Part shown: positions 12,262 through 24,929 of the stretch, piece by piece | How the letters are laid out: each line of letters begins with the position of its first letter | Numbering within the stretch: position 1 is the first letter of the stretch | NCBI GenBank assembly: GCA_964016885.1 | Contig: OZ024740.1 | Location: 335,544,001 to 335,608,000, forward strand | Length of the DNA stretch: 64,000 nt | DNA from: Eledone cirrhosa | Lineage: Eukaryota | Direction: 5' to 3' | Notes under the pieces: model-generated | What the model saw: only the letters and a program-made list of their open reading frames with translations | The model's database searches: none | What the model was told of the DNA's origin: nothing | Made by a program: the position numbers and the translations under genes

Positions 12262-13048
12262 CTCTTTTTCTCCGTCTCTCTCCCTCTCCATCTCTCTCTC
12301 TCTCTCTGTATATAAATATATATACAGAGAGAGAAAGAGAGAGAGAATATATATATATATATAGAGAGAGAGAAAAAGATTGAGTGAGAGATGTCGTGTG
12401 AGCCAGAATGTGTGTGTGTGTGTATGTACGTGTGTATGTGTGTGTGCATGTTTGTCATATATCTATACTTAAAATTTAATCAATTGATCTTTACGCTTAC
12501 TGTATCGAACAGCGCATTGTGATGGAATTTCTATTAACTCTGTATATATATATATATAGGTGTGTGTGTGTGTGTGTGTGTGTTTGATTGTGTGTGTGTG
12601 TGTGTGTGTGTTTGATTGTGTGTGTATGTGTGATCGTGTGAGTGTGAGTGTGTGTGCGTGGATGTGTGTGTGCGTGGATGCGTGCGTGCGGGTGTATGTG
12701 TACACGTGTGTGTTAGTGTGTGAGTGTGTGTGTATGAATACACTCGCTTAAGCTGAACGAGTATGTGACGGCACAAGTGTGTACATGGAAAATATCCTGG
12801 GCATGAACAACGGAAATAAATTTATGTAATACCGTGGTTTGAGTAAAGTGTTCGTATATAGATACTTCTCCATTACATATGTACATATATTTTTATACAT
12901 ATGTATATACGACATTGTGTCCTTTACAATTTGTGACAATCTGTTTGCTAACACCATGTGAGAAAGATTGATTGATATGCAGATTTACCCTACATAGTAT
13001 ACGCAACACTTGCATTGTGTTGTGTATGAGATAAATATATAAACGAAC

Positions 13049-13084
<36 letters not shown>

Positions 13085-13138
13085 CGTTTCTGAATTTGTT
13101 TAGCAAGATTCTTTATCTGAAATCGTGTGTTGAAACCG

Positions 13139-13519
13139 ATATTGTTATACTTTGGGAGGGTCATGTTGCCAATAAGAAACACACGCACCAGTTGCTTTCA
13201 CTTCAATTTATTATATATTTATAAATTTATAAATTTACAAATCTACAAACTTATAAATTTCTGGTTGGTTGGTTGGTTCCACAACCAGATAGTTGTTTAT
13301 ATATAGTCATAGTCCTTTCGTCACACACTCTGTGACCTCTTCAGTGACTGGGGATTCCTTTCTTTGTTTCTGTGCCTTTCCTTTCTTCTGTCCTACGCCA
13401 TTTTGTTTCTCATAAGTTTGTAGATTTGTAAATTTATAAATTTATAAATATATAATAAATTGAAGTGAAAGCATCTGGTGCGTGTGTTTCTTATTGGCAA
13501 CATGACCCTCCCAAAGTAT

Positions 13520-13527
<8 letters not shown>
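13139..13527. mobile_element. Non-coding fold-back element: 116-bp inverted arms around an HHR-containing spacer
   Basis: Arms 13139-13254 and 13412-13527 are near-perfect reverse complements; abuts (TA)n. Confidence 0.85.
13305..13349 (-). ncRNA. Minimal type I hammerhead ribozyme
   Basis: AGTCA-CTGAAGA-gGTCACAgagtgTGTGAC-GAAA-GGAC-TA-TGACT. Confidence 0.7.
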
Positions 13528-13572
<45 letters not shown>

Positions 13573-13701
13573 TATATAATGAAGGAAGTGTGATAAGGAA
13601 CCAGGCGAACCATAATGCTACTTAGGGTAGTAGAGTGAGTAATAGTCCGGAAATAGCCGTCGAAACGGGTCGAGCTCTGCCGTCGGGGTCTTGAACATTT
13701 T

Positions 13702-13742
<41 letters not shown>

Positions 13743-13801
13743 TTAATCATGACGTAATATGAGAAAAGTACTCGACGTTGTGCAACTCAGTTTACTTTAT
13801 A

Positions 13802-13833
<32 letters not shown>

Positions 13834-13964
13834 ATATAATATATATATGTGTGTGTGTATGTGTGTATGTGTGTATGTGTGTGTGCTTGGGGGAGTGTAT
13901 AGCCATATACATATGTATGTATTTTATGGCACTCCGCCGGTTGCGACGACAAGTGCTGTGGTTG

Positions 13965-14190
13965 ATGCGATCAACGGAACAGCCTGCTCTTGAAATTAAT
14001 GTGCAAGTGGCTGAGCATTCCAAGGAAAATTATACGCTTAACGTAGTTCTCATGGAGATACATCCTGACACAGTATGTGACAAGGTTACCTCCTTGAAAT
14101 ATATAGTCTTGTTCAAGGAGACAACGTGCCGCCGGGAATCGAACTCACAATCTTACGATTATATGCCAAATACCCTTTCCATTAAGCCAA
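13965..14190 (-). mobile_element. SINE family B-related copy
   Basis: Minus strand has tggcttaatgg..gtgagttcgattcccggc..ccttgaacaagac (B-box + CORE-like). Confidence 0.65.
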
Positions 14191-14202
14191 TAAATGTATG
14201 TA

Positions 14203-14480
14203 AGTAGGTAGGCGGGTTGGTAGGTCTGTAGATAGTTAGTTAGTAGGTAGGTAGGTAGGTAGGTAGGTAGGTAGGCGGGTTGGTAGGTCTGAAGATAGTT
14301 AGTTAGGTAGGTAGGTAGGTAGGTAGGTAGGTAGGTAGGTAGGTAGGTAGATAGGTAGGTAGGTAGGTAGGTAGGTAGGTAGTTAGGAAGGTAGGTAGAT
14401 AGATGGGTAGGTAGGTAGGTAGATAGGTAGGTAGTTAGGTAGGTAGGTATGTGGTAGGTGGGTAGGTAGGTAGGTAGATA
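14203..14480. repeat. (TAGG)n microsatellite, left part
   Basis: Direct reading; scattered TAGA/TAGT variants. Confidence 0.95.
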
Positions 14481-15046
14481 ATTTTCTTTTTACTTGCCAC
14501 CAGGGCATCAAAAGTGGGACAAGTATAATGGGGGGAGTTTACATGCAAAGGCGTCCTCAATATGGAGGAGGCAATAACAAAATAGAAAAATAAAATAAAA
14601 TATAACAAAAAATAAAATTTATAACAAAGTCCTCAATAGAGAGGAGGCGCCTTGGGGGGTCGCACACACCCCCGAAAAAAAGTGTGCAACCCTTCTCCTC
14701 AGGAGGACAGAGAAGGGGTGCTCCCTTGGTCTTTCATCTTCCTCACCTATAGTCTGATGCAGAGTGAAGGCCCATTCACACGGGCCATTCTCGCCACTTT
14801 CACCCATCTTTCATAAAAACGGCTGGGGTGCAGCACCTCTCTCTCCATCCTGATCCTTCTTCCGAAATGATATCGGAAGAAACGGACCAGTTGTTGGCCA
14901 GAGAAAAAGGTGTCTGACCTCAGTCCTTTCAGCCGCGTCCACCATACAACCTCTTTCGCCATGGCTATTACGCACAGAAACAGCGCCTCTCCTTCGTTTT
15001 TAAAGAGGGGAGGCGGCTTGATCGTTACAATAGACTCGGCGGTCAA
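14481..15046 (-). mobile_element. L1/Tx1-type LINE copy A (5'-truncated, 566 bp)
   Basis: Near-identical to 15055-15624; ORF2 C-terminus plus 3' UTR; flanked by ggtagata / ggcagata. Confidence 0.93.
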
Positions 15047-15324
15047 GGCAGATATGTTTCTTTTATTTGCCCCAGGGCATCAAAAGTGGGACAAGTACAA
15101 TGGGGGGGGGGGGGGAGTTTACAAAACAAGGCGTCCTCAGTAAGGAGGAGGCAATAACAATATATAAAAATAAAATAAAATATAACAAAAAATAAAATTT
15201 ATAACAAAGTCCTCAATAGAAGGAGGCGCCTTGGGGGGTCGCACACACCCCCGAAAAAAGTGTGCAACCCTTCTCCTCAGGAGCACAGAGAAGGGGTGCT
15301 CCCTTGGTCTTTCATCTTCCTCAC

Positions 15325-18300
15325 CTATAGTCTGATGTAGAGTGAAGGCCCATTCACACGGGCCATTCTCGCCACTTTCACCCATCTTTCATAAAAACGG
15401 CTGGGGTGCAGCACCTCTCTCTCCATCCTGATCCTTCTTCCGAAATGATATCGGAAGAAACGGACCAGTTGTTGGCCAGAGAGAAAGGTGTCTGACCTCA
15501 GTCCTTTCAGACGCGTCCACCATACAACCTCTTTCGCCATGGCTATTACGCACAGAAACACCGCCTCTCCTTCGTTTTTGAAGAGGGGAGGCGGCTTGAT
15601 CGTTACAATAGACTCGGTGGTCAACCGGATCGGTCCCACCCTTGACAGCAGTTGTTCGACATAGCCCCACAGATCGGCAATGCCCGAGCAGTGTACCAAT
15701 GCGTGTGCAACGGTTTCCTCGTCGCACACGCATCTGGGACATCTTTTTCGATGGGTCTTTACCCGGGCGCCCGTGTCTGTAGAGCCTTTCTCGAACGGGC
15801 AGAGCCCTTTTGTAGCATTGCCAGGCCAGGGACCTCTGGAAGTTATCCATGGGACCCAGGCTGAATGTCCTACCGAACAGGTTGGCCAGTTCGTCTTCCT
15901 CCATGCCTAGGGCTTCTCCGAGGGCGTCGTCCCACCTGCTAACCACCAGCCCTCTATAGAATGACGAGGTGGATTCTCCACTCTCAGCCGGGTCCGCCTG
16001 CCAGAGAGCCGTGAGCGCCTGGGCACACTCGGTGTGCCAGGCGCCCAGTTTTCTCGGTCTTTGCTTGACCCAGGATTGCAGCTCGGTGAGTGAGACGAGT
16101 CTGGGAAAGGCTCGCCTCACAAACGGGGCCCACACCGGTTGACCGGAGAGGAATACCTGGAGGTGCCGTAGCCTTAATGCGTGTTTACGTATCATTAGCC
16201 ACGGCATCCCCAGCCCTCCTTTCGAAGGGTGTCTACAGCAGATTGATCTCCTCACCATAGGAGCCCGCTTCTTCCAAAGGAATTGGAAGAGTGCGCGCTC
16301 CATTTTGGCGAGCGTTTCGCTTGGGCAAGGCACAACGGTCAGGCGGTAGTAGATGACGGACGCTATATAAGTGTTCGCCAGCTCCGCCCGACCTTTCAGG
16401 GACAGTTTGCACTCGGCCCACTTCTGGGTCAGTGCAAACACCCTGGTCGTTACCTCACCCCAGTTCTTCTCCACCTGGAGGTCTGGTCCGAACCAGACCC
16501 CGAGCAACTTCACCGGGCCCTCCGTCCAGCGCCCGACGACGCCATCGGAGGGCATCGATCTGCCCCTCCACGTGCCGAGTTGCAGACCGATCGACTTGTC
16601 CAGGTTCAGCTTAGCCCCTGTAAACCTTTCGTACTCCTCCAGTAAGGTGCCGATCGCCCCGATTTCCGAGGCCGTAGACACCATTACTGTTACGTCGTCG
16701 GCGTAGGCCGACATCGCTTTCCGCAATCCCGGTTCCAACGGGATGCCCTGCAACAACTCCAACTTCCGCAGCAGTGGCTCTAGAGTCATTACATACAGAA
16801 GGGAGGAGAGAGGGCACCCCTGTCGGATGGGCCGCGCGATTTCGAACGGCTCCGAGAGGTAGCCGTTCACCTTGACCCTAGAGCAGATGCGGCTGCTGTG
16901 CATGGCATTGATCCAGCCCCTGAACACGGGTCCGAAGCCTGCCGCCACTAGCACCGCATCCAGGTATCCATGGTCGACCCTATCGAATGCCTTAGATTGA
17001 TCCAAGTTGATCAGGACCCCACCAACGCCGGGTTCGTTCCCAACCCTCTCTATGATGTATCGCATGAGGTGGAGATTGTCGTGGATGGACCTGGACGGGA
17101 TAGCACATGTCTGCGCATCTCCCACCAGGTTGCCCACGACAAGTGCCAACCTCTTTGCTAGCACCTTGGCCAAAATCTGTAACTCTGTATTTAGCAGAGT
17201 TATGGGCCTGAAATTATTTATATCGCCCCCTTGTTCTCGTCCTTCCTCACTAGCGTGACTACGCCCTTGGTCACAGCACAGGGAATTCTCCCGTTCTGTT
17301 GCCAGTTGCAGTAGACCGCCTCGAGGAGATTGGGGAACAAGTCCGGCATAGCTAGATATAGTTCGTATGGAAGACCATCGAGACCCGGGGATTTGCGTTT
17401 GCCGCATTGGCTCAGCACGTCCTCTATCTCAGCGGCTGAAATCGGCTCCTCGCAGGACTTCGCCTCCCTGTCCGAGAGACGCGGCAGGCCATCGAGGTAT
17501 GGACCGAAGTCCACATCCCCAACCGGCTACCCGCCCCTTCCGAACAATCCGGCAAAATGCTTTTGAAAAGCCTCGAACAACTGCTTAGGTTCAAGGATCA
17601 CCCGTCCATCCTGGTCTCACAAAGACCGGATAGTGGATCTGCTCCCTCTTTTGGCTTCTGTCAGGCGGGCCCAGCTAACAGCTTTGGTCCCCTCGTTTCC
17701 CAGAGCACGTATTTTGCTTCGGACGATGCAGCCTTCGTGTTTCGCGTCGAAGAACTGGCCCAGGGCCGTTCTTGACGCTAGCACTCTGGCCACGTCGCCG
17801 CTTCTAATTGCCTCTTCTACACTATCTACCAATTCCCTTTCCTTCTTGTTTCTATTAGAGGCTAACTCCTTACTAAATTCTATAGAGACTACTCTAATCT
17901 CTCTTTTGAGAGATCCCCAACCACCTGCTGTTGACGATGGCGCCCGTCAACCGCTCCTTAACTAAAGTGCTAATCCGGTCCCTGTAAGCCTTACTTGCCG
18001 GTAAGGACAAGTTGAGCTTCCAGTAACCGGGTCCCTGTCTATGAGTTCTGTCAAGGTTGACCATGCAGGTCACTAACTTGTGGTCTGAATAGCCAACCAT
18101 GAGCATTTTTGGACAACTTAAAAAGTCCTTATCCTTAATTCTAACTAAGAACCTATCTAGGTACGACCTAGATGATCCGCTACGATTTGCCCAAGTCCAG
18201 GTTGGCGCAGTCGGAAAATCTAGTCTATATCTATCGGCCAGGTCAAATCGACCGATTAACCCTTTGAGGCTATTGCACCCCTCTCTATCGGGACAGGCCC

Positions 18301-18758
18301 CTACGTAGTCCCAGCGTGCATCTAGGATACCATTCCAGTCCCCCACTAATAGCAAGGAGCGGGACGTCCCTAGAAAAGTCTCCAGACGATGGAAGAAGTC
18401 CGGCCGCATTGACCCGAAAGGGCCGTAGGCGGCTACCAACCTAAACGCTCCGCCTTCACCACTGCCAACGTCCAGAACCACTAGTCGACCCTCCGGGTCC
18501 AAATGTACCATCTGTGTTGCGAGACCCAGATGTTTTTGCAGCAGAACGACAACCCCACCCCCACCACCGGGCTGACAGAGAGATGCGTGCATCTCAAAGT
18601 CATCAAAGGGGGGGGAGCTGTCGCACGTTGCTGATCCGGGCCTCACAAATAACCATTACATCTATACGTTGTAACCTGAGGTCATTTAGAAGCATTGCTT
18701 GCTTCCAAGTTGAGCCCAGGCCACGCGCATTTAAACAGCCTACTCTTAGCATAGCCAT
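15325..18758 (-). pseudogene. LINE ORF2 (APE endonuclease + reverse transcriptase + C-terminal Zn finger), several frameshifts
   Basis: MAMLRVGCLNARGL start; GDWN, LDRF, SDH (APE); KSPGLDG, NFRPITLLN, LDQSKAFDRV, RQGCPLS, AYADD (RT); CxxC..ETVAHALVHC. Confidence 0.92.
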
Positions 18759-18782
18759 GTTGGTGGTGAAGAGAAAAGGCAC

Positions 18783-20726
18783 TTACCTCTCTGCGTCCCG
18801 GGTATCGGGCTGCACAATTTCCATTAGGGTGGGGGATGGGTTGTTGGGTGGGTGGTGGTTTCTGGCGGGGTGGGGACGGAGATGTTTGGTGGGGAAGGGG
18901 TGTCTGGTGGGGTGGGGATGACTTGGGTGGGGGTGTCTTTGGTGGGGAGGCCTTTGTAGAGGACGCGGTTGATTGGTTTCACGCAGGAATTCCCCACGTC
19001 CTCTACAAATGTTTCTTTTAGGGATCTATATGTTCCTATAGGGACCCTGATCAGTTTTAGGTTCATTTTTTGTTTTTGTTGGAGCTATCCAAAGTTTTCC
19101 CTTCGGTTTTGACCAAAGGGTTGTTTCTGATGGTCTCCATCAGTGTTCTATTTTCTTCGTTTATGTAAGTGTATGTGTACTTTTCCTGTGTTGTGTTTGT
19201 TTTTGTCTGTGGTTCCTGCACGTGTTTTCTCTTTGTTGTGGGTGTTTTGTTTTCGGGAGGGGGAACTTTTGTTTGTGATTTTTGTGCTGTTTGTGCTGGT
19301 GTTTGTGTGTTTGTTTCGTTTTTGTTCATGCGGTTCTTTCTTTTTATTCTTTTCACGGGTTGGAAGGGTTCCTCCTCATCGCCGCTGTGTGCCGTCGATA
19401 GGGGTTCCTCATCCGTGTTGATGGGTAGGAGTATGTTTTGGGGTTCTGTAGTGTCTGTGTGTGTTTTTGTATTTGTTTTGGGTGGGGAGGAGTTGGGTGG
19501 AATATTGTTCTCTGTTGTTTTTTCTTGTTGTCGTGGTGGTGGTGGTGGTGGTTGTGTTGTTATTTGTGGTGTTGGTAAAAGTGGGTTTTTTTTGTCAATT
19601 GAGGACAGGCAGCCCTTAGGTGACCTCTGCTTGCGCAGTGGTAACATGCGGACCGCCTACCCTCAACCGAAATGTTTATGTAGGTCTGTCCATCCAGAGG
19701 TACTCTCTGTGGGATTTTCATTATACGTTCTGGGCTCATCTGCACCAGAATTTCGATGCTAGTCCCACTAAATATATCTCTGGAGGATTTTCCTACTGAG
19801 ATCAAAGTGTCTTGTTCAAGGTCAATTAGGCTATAAAGTATCCACCAAATATCTACTTTGGGTCTTATACATGTAATTTTTATTTTTTGCGTTCTTTTTA
19901 CCATGTATGTAGGGAAAAAGGGAAAATGGGTGGACACAATGGGCGCGATGGAATAGTTTTGTGCTGTTATGTTGTTTTTCATTAGCACCGAGATGGTGCC
20001 GAAAAGTTTGGCTTTCTAGAATAAATAAAATGTTATCCATGTGGTTCCTTAATACTAGCTCAATCTCACTCTGAGATAGTTGAGCTGGTTTTTTTTATGC
20101 ATTTGAGATTGTCCTGAAAACCACCGTGTTCAGGGCATTTTCTCTCCTTCGTTCTTGTGGTGAATTTATGCTAAATGACCCATTGGGTCCAAAAGCACAT
20201 ATTGTTTAGCATCTTCCAACTTTTGTTTCGTGTTGGTTAAATCCAAAAGTTGAAATATTTCCGTTTTTTTTACGGTATCAGCAAAAGAAATTTTGCTTTT
20301 GTTGTCACTGTTGTTTGTATTTTCTTTGGTGTTTGTGTTGACATTTTTTTCCTTTTGATTGGTATTGTTGGACGTGTTTTCAATTTTTTCATTTTCTGTA
20401 TTTTTTGGTGTCTATTGTGGGCTGTTATTTTCATTTTTTGTTGTGTGAAATTCCCTTTCTTTACGAAAGGAAGTGTTTACTACATATGTGACGTTTGTGT
20501 TGTTGTTGTTTTTGTTGTCTTTATTGTTGCTGTTGTCGTTGTTGTTGTTGTTTTCAGTTTCTTGTATAGTTGTGGCTACATCAAGTTGTCGGTCAGCGGG
20601 TGGAGAAAATTCTTCCTCTGGCTGACCTCTGCCTTTGGCATCTGCTGCTGTGACAGTGGCAGGGGGAAGCTGTGAGTATGACTTCCCTTTTTTTCGTTTG
20701 AATGTTGGTGAAGATGCTTCAGCCAT
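18783..20726 (-). pseudogene. LINE ORF1 (gag-like, zinc knuckle), frameshifted
   Basis: Fragments 20412-20735, 19560-19988 (CYHCASRGHLRAAC), 19063-19647 and 18824-19066; Pro/Thr/Lys-rich tail. Confidence 0.75.
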
Positions 20727-20978
20727 TTTTATCAAAATAGGATTTTTCGAAATTTTTCGAAAGTTAAATATTTACAACACTATTTCGCCTAAAGGCGTAG
20801 AATATTTTGAGAGACTAACCAGATCAAAATTTGACCTGGCAGTCCCTCTACAAAATGGTACGAAAATGAACGTTTACAGTTCACAATTTCCAGATAAATT
20901 TAAACGTAACTTACCGAGCGAGCTCAGCACATTTGTCCATCGTAAGAGAGATTAGGTAGATAGGTAGGTAAGTAGATA

Positions 20979-22970
20979 TGTTTCTTTTATTTGCCACCAG
21001 GGCATCAAAAGTGGGACAAGTACAATGGGGGGGGGAGTTTACAAAACAAGGCGTCCTCAATAAGGAGGAGGCAATAACAATATATAAAAATAAAATAAAA
21101 TATAACAAAAAATAAAATTTATAACAAAGTCCTCAATAGAGAGGAGGCGCCTTGGGGGGTCGCACACGCCCCCGAAAAAAAGTGTGCAACCCTTTTCCTC
21201 AGGAGCACAGAGAAGGGGTGCTCCCTTGGTCTTTCATCTTCCTCACCTATAGTCTGATATAGAGTGAAGGCCCATTCACACGGGCCATTCTCGCCACTTT
21301 CACCCATCTTTCATAAAAACGGCTGGGGTGCAGCACCTCTCTCTCCATCCTGATCCTTCTTCCGAAATGATATCGGAAGAAACGGACCAGTTGTTGGCCA
21401 GAGAGAAAGGTGTCTGACCTCAGTCCTTTCAGACGCGTCCACCATACAACCTCTTTCGCCATGGCTATTACGCACAGAAACACCGCCTCTCCTTCGTTTT
21501 TGAAGAAGGGAGGCGGCTTGATCGTTACAATAGACTCGGTGGTCAACCGGATCGGTCCCACCCTTGACAGCAGTTGTTCGACATAGCCCCACAGATCGAC
21601 AATGCCCGAGCAGTGTACCAATGCGTGTGCAACGGTTTCCTCGTCGCACACGCATCTGGGACAGATCTTTTTCGATGGGTCTTTACCCGGGCGCCCGTGT
21701 CTGTAGAGCCTTTCTCGAACGGGCAGAGCCCTTCTGTAGCATTGCCAGGCCAGGGACCTCTGGAAGTTATCCATGGGTCCCGGGCTGAATGTCCTACCGA
21801 ACAGGTTGGCCAGTTCGTCTTCCTCCATGCCTAGGGCTTCTCCGAGGGCGTCGTCCCACCTGCTAACCACCAGCCCTCTATAGAATGACGAGGAGGATTC
21901 TCCACTGACAGCCGGGTCCGCCTGCCAGAGAGCCGTGAGCGCCTGGGCACACTCGGTGTGCCAGGCGCCCAGTTTTCTCGGTCTTTGCTTGACCCAGGAT
22001 TTCAGCTCGGTGAGTGAGACGAGTCTGGGAAAGGCTCGCCTCACAAACGGGGCCCACACCGGTTGACCGGAGAGGAATACCTGGAGGTGCCGTAGCCTTA
22101 ATGCGTGTTTACGTATCATTAGCCACGGCATCCCCAGCCCTCCTTTCGAAGGGTGTCTACAGCAGATTGATCTCCTCACCATAGGAGCCCGCTTCTTCCA
22201 AAGGAATTGGAAGAGTGCGCGCTCCATTTTGGCGAGCGTTTCGCTTGGGCAAGGCACAACGGTCAGGCGGTAGTAGATGACGGACGCTATATAAGTGTTC
22301 GCCGCCTCCGCCCGACCTTTCAGGGACAGTTTGCACTCGGCCCACTTCTGGGTCAGTGCAAACACCCTGTTCGTTACCTCACCCCAGTTCTTCTCCACCT
22401 GGAGGTCTGGTCCGAACCAGACCCCGAGCAACTTCACCGGGCCCTCCGTCCAGCGCCCGACGACGCCATCGGAGGGCATCGATCTGCCTCTCCACGTGCC
22501 GAGTTGCAGACCGATCGACTTATCCCGGTTCAGCTTAGCCCCTGTAAACCTTTCGTACTCCTCCAGTAAGGTGCCGATCGCCCCGATTTCCGAGGCCGTA
22601 GACACCATTACTGTTACGTCATCGGCGTAGGCTGACACCGCTTTCCGCAATCGCGGTTCCAACGGGATGCCCTGCAACAACTCCAACTTCCGCAGCAGTG
22701 GCTCTAGAGTCATTACATACAGAAGGGAGGAGAGAGGGCACCCCTGTCGGATGGACCGCGCGATTTCGAACGGCTCCGAGAGGTAGCCGTTCACCTTGAC
22801 CCTAGAGCAGATGCGGCTGCTGTGCATGGCATTGATCCAGCCCCTGAAAACGGGTCCGAAGCCTGCCGCCGCTAGCACCGCATCCAGGTAACTATGGTCG
22901 ACCCTATCGAATGCCTTAGATTGATCCAAGTTGATCAGGGCCCCACCAAAGCCGGGTTCGTTCCCAACCC
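20979..22970 (-). mobile_element. L1/Tx1-type LINE copy C (5'-truncated, ~2 kb)
   Basis: Near-identical to 15055-17047; TSD tagata at 20973-20978 and 22971-22976. Confidence 0.93.
21247..22929 (-). CDS. Uninterrupted C-terminal 560 aa of LINE ORF2 (RT + Zn finger); partial
   Basis: ORF track; SIRQGCPLS, AYADD, CPRCVCDEETVAHALVHC. Confidence 0.85.
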   Translation of the reverse strand: MDQSKAFDRVDHSYLDAVLAAAGFGPVFRGWINAMHSSRICSRVKVNGYLSEPFEIARSIRQGCPLSSLLYVMTLEPLLRKLELLQGIPLEPRLRKAVSAYADDVTVMVSTASEIGAIGTLLEEYERFTGAKLNRDKSIGLQLGTWRGRSMPSDGVVGRWTEGPVKLLGVWFGPDLQVEKNWGEVTNRVFALTQKWAECKLSLKGRAEAANTYIASVIYYRLTVVPCPSETLAKMERALFQFLWKKRAPMVRRSICCRHPSKGGLGMPWLMIRKHALRLRHLQVFLSGQPVWAPFVRRAFPRLVSLTELKSWVKQRPRKLGAWHTECAQALTALWQADPAVSGESSSSFYRGLVVSRWDDALGEALGMEEDELANLFGRTFSPGPMDNFQRSLAWQCYRRALPVRERLYRHGRPGKDPSKKICPRCVCDEETVAHALVHCSGIVDLWGYVEQLLSRVGPIRLTTESIVTIKPPPFFKNEGEAVFLCVIAMAKEVVWWTRLKGLRSDTFLSGQQLVRFFRYHFGRRIRMEREVLHPSRFYERWVKVARMARVNGPSLYIRL

Positions 22971-23572
22971 TAGATAGGTAGGTAGGTAGGTAGGTAGGTA
23001 GGTAGGTAGGTAGGTAGGTAGGTAGGTAGGTAGGTAGGTAGGCAGGTATGTATGTAGTTAGGTAGGTAGGTAGGTAGGCAGGTAGGTAGGTAGGTAGGTA
23101 GGTAGGTAGGTAGGTAGGTAGGTAGGTAGGTAGATAGCTAGGTAGGCAGGTATGTATGTAGTTAGGTAGGTAGGTAGGTAGGTAGGTAGGTAGGTAGGTA
23201 GGTATGAAGTTAGGTAGGTATGAAGTTAGGTAGGTAGGTTGGTAGGTAGGTAGGTAGGTAGGTAGGTAGGTAGATAGGTAGGTAGTTAGGTAGGTAGTTA
23301 GGTAGGCAGGTATGTATGTATTTAGGTAGGTAGGTAGGTAGGTAGGTAGGTAGGTAGATAGGTAGGTAGTTAGGTAGGCAGGTATGTATGTATTTAGGTA
23401 GGTAGGTAGGTAGGTAGGTAGGTAGGTAGGTAGATAGGTAGGTAGGTAGGTAGGTAGTTAGTTAGGTAGGTAGGTAGGTAGGTAGTTAGGTAGGTAGGTA
23501 TTTAGTTAGGTAGGTAGGTAGGTAGGTAGGTAGGTAGGTAGGTAGGTAGGTAGGTAGGAAGGCAGGTAGGTA
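22971..23572. repeat. (TAGG)n microsatellite, right part (~600 bp)
   Basis: Direct reading. Confidence 0.95.
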
Positions 23573-24929
23573 TGCAGTGAAGTGAAGTGAAGTGAAGAGA
23601 AAAGAAAATGTGTGGTAGACACATTTACTGAACAGATTCATTGAAATGAATAGAACAAACGACTCTATAAACGCCTGAAGCTACAATATACACGGATATA
23701 ATTTTGCATCACATTTAACTGGAAAGTTGGACAGGACATAAAATGTTATTGGGAGAACTGTGAAAAATATATGCTCAGATATTGAGATATTAGATATGTT
23801 GTCATCGACACCTTGGATTAGGTCAACCCAGTATGTGTATATTGTATATTGTATTAAGAATAATTCTAACAAGCAACATAATACAAATACGTTCAACTTT
23901 TCCATTTCCAAGATAGCTGCATAGTGCAGGATTTCGGTGATATATCTCCTTCAGCTTTCTTTACCCAACAAACTATAAAATCCTACATACTTTGAACAAA
24001 GATTGCCTCTTTCTAGTATTGCCATGAGAATATATAAAACTGGACAACATAAATTACCTCAGCATCAACACCCACAACAATCCAACAACAACAACAACCA
24101 CAAGTGAAAGCAACAATAAATAGTTTTTACTGACTACAATAACAACGAGTAAAACTAAATGTTAAAGATAATTTATAGCGACACAGAATCTACCAGGAAC
24201 GACTAAAAGTATGTAATAAAATAATAGGTAACTGCTGAATATAAGAAGGTTGAGAAGAATCAATTAATCACACTGTTTCTTAGATTTATTCAAGAAAGAA
24301 CGTATATACAAGTATGACAGAGTTGGAACTTATATACACGATAAATTACGAAAATATTTTGAAATACTGACAGAAATGAGATTGTATAAACATACAGTAG
24401 AACATGCCTCTGAGACTAAGTGACAATGTACTTGGATATGGCAACTCACACAGGAAAGGACAATGGATCGAATAGTTTTAACAATAACCACCAAGAAAGG
24501 TAGTATACCTTTAATGATGCATCAGTCCAAACAGACAATAATGAATCTCAAAATTTAATAAAGAAATCATCCATATATAAAGATATGGACACAGGGATAA
24601 TCAGAGAATAAAGAAAATATAACGACTGCTATATAAAGTACACAAACAAAATAAGATATACTTACTCCCAAAGCTGACAGTGCTGCATTCAGCTTTGCAG
24701 TGAAATTATGCAATAACAAAGACTACTATATAATGAAGATAATAATAATGACAACGACAACAATGACGTCAAGGAAAATAGAAACTATAATAATGATGAT
24801 AAGTACAAGAAGTGGAAGAGTACAAGTGGGGATTCTAAGAAGCAAAGGAATCACCACAAAGAATACTAATAACAACAAACACAATCCCCCAACAACTATC
24901 AGAAGATATCATTACAGAAGAAGTATCTA

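Larger units (their letters stand above)
15055..20952 (-). mobile_element. L1/Tx1-type LINE copy B (apparently full length, ~5.9 kb, frameshifted)
   Basis: 5' UTR, ORF1 with CCHC knuckle, ORF2 with APE-RT-Zn finger, 3' UTR; TSD-like aggcagata (15046-15054) / aggtagata (20954-20962). Confidence 0.93.

Noticed and set aside
15652-22630. Plus-strand and alternate-frame ORFs overlapping the LINE copies
   Set aside because: Shadow ORFs of GC-rich ORF2 with no independent motifs.
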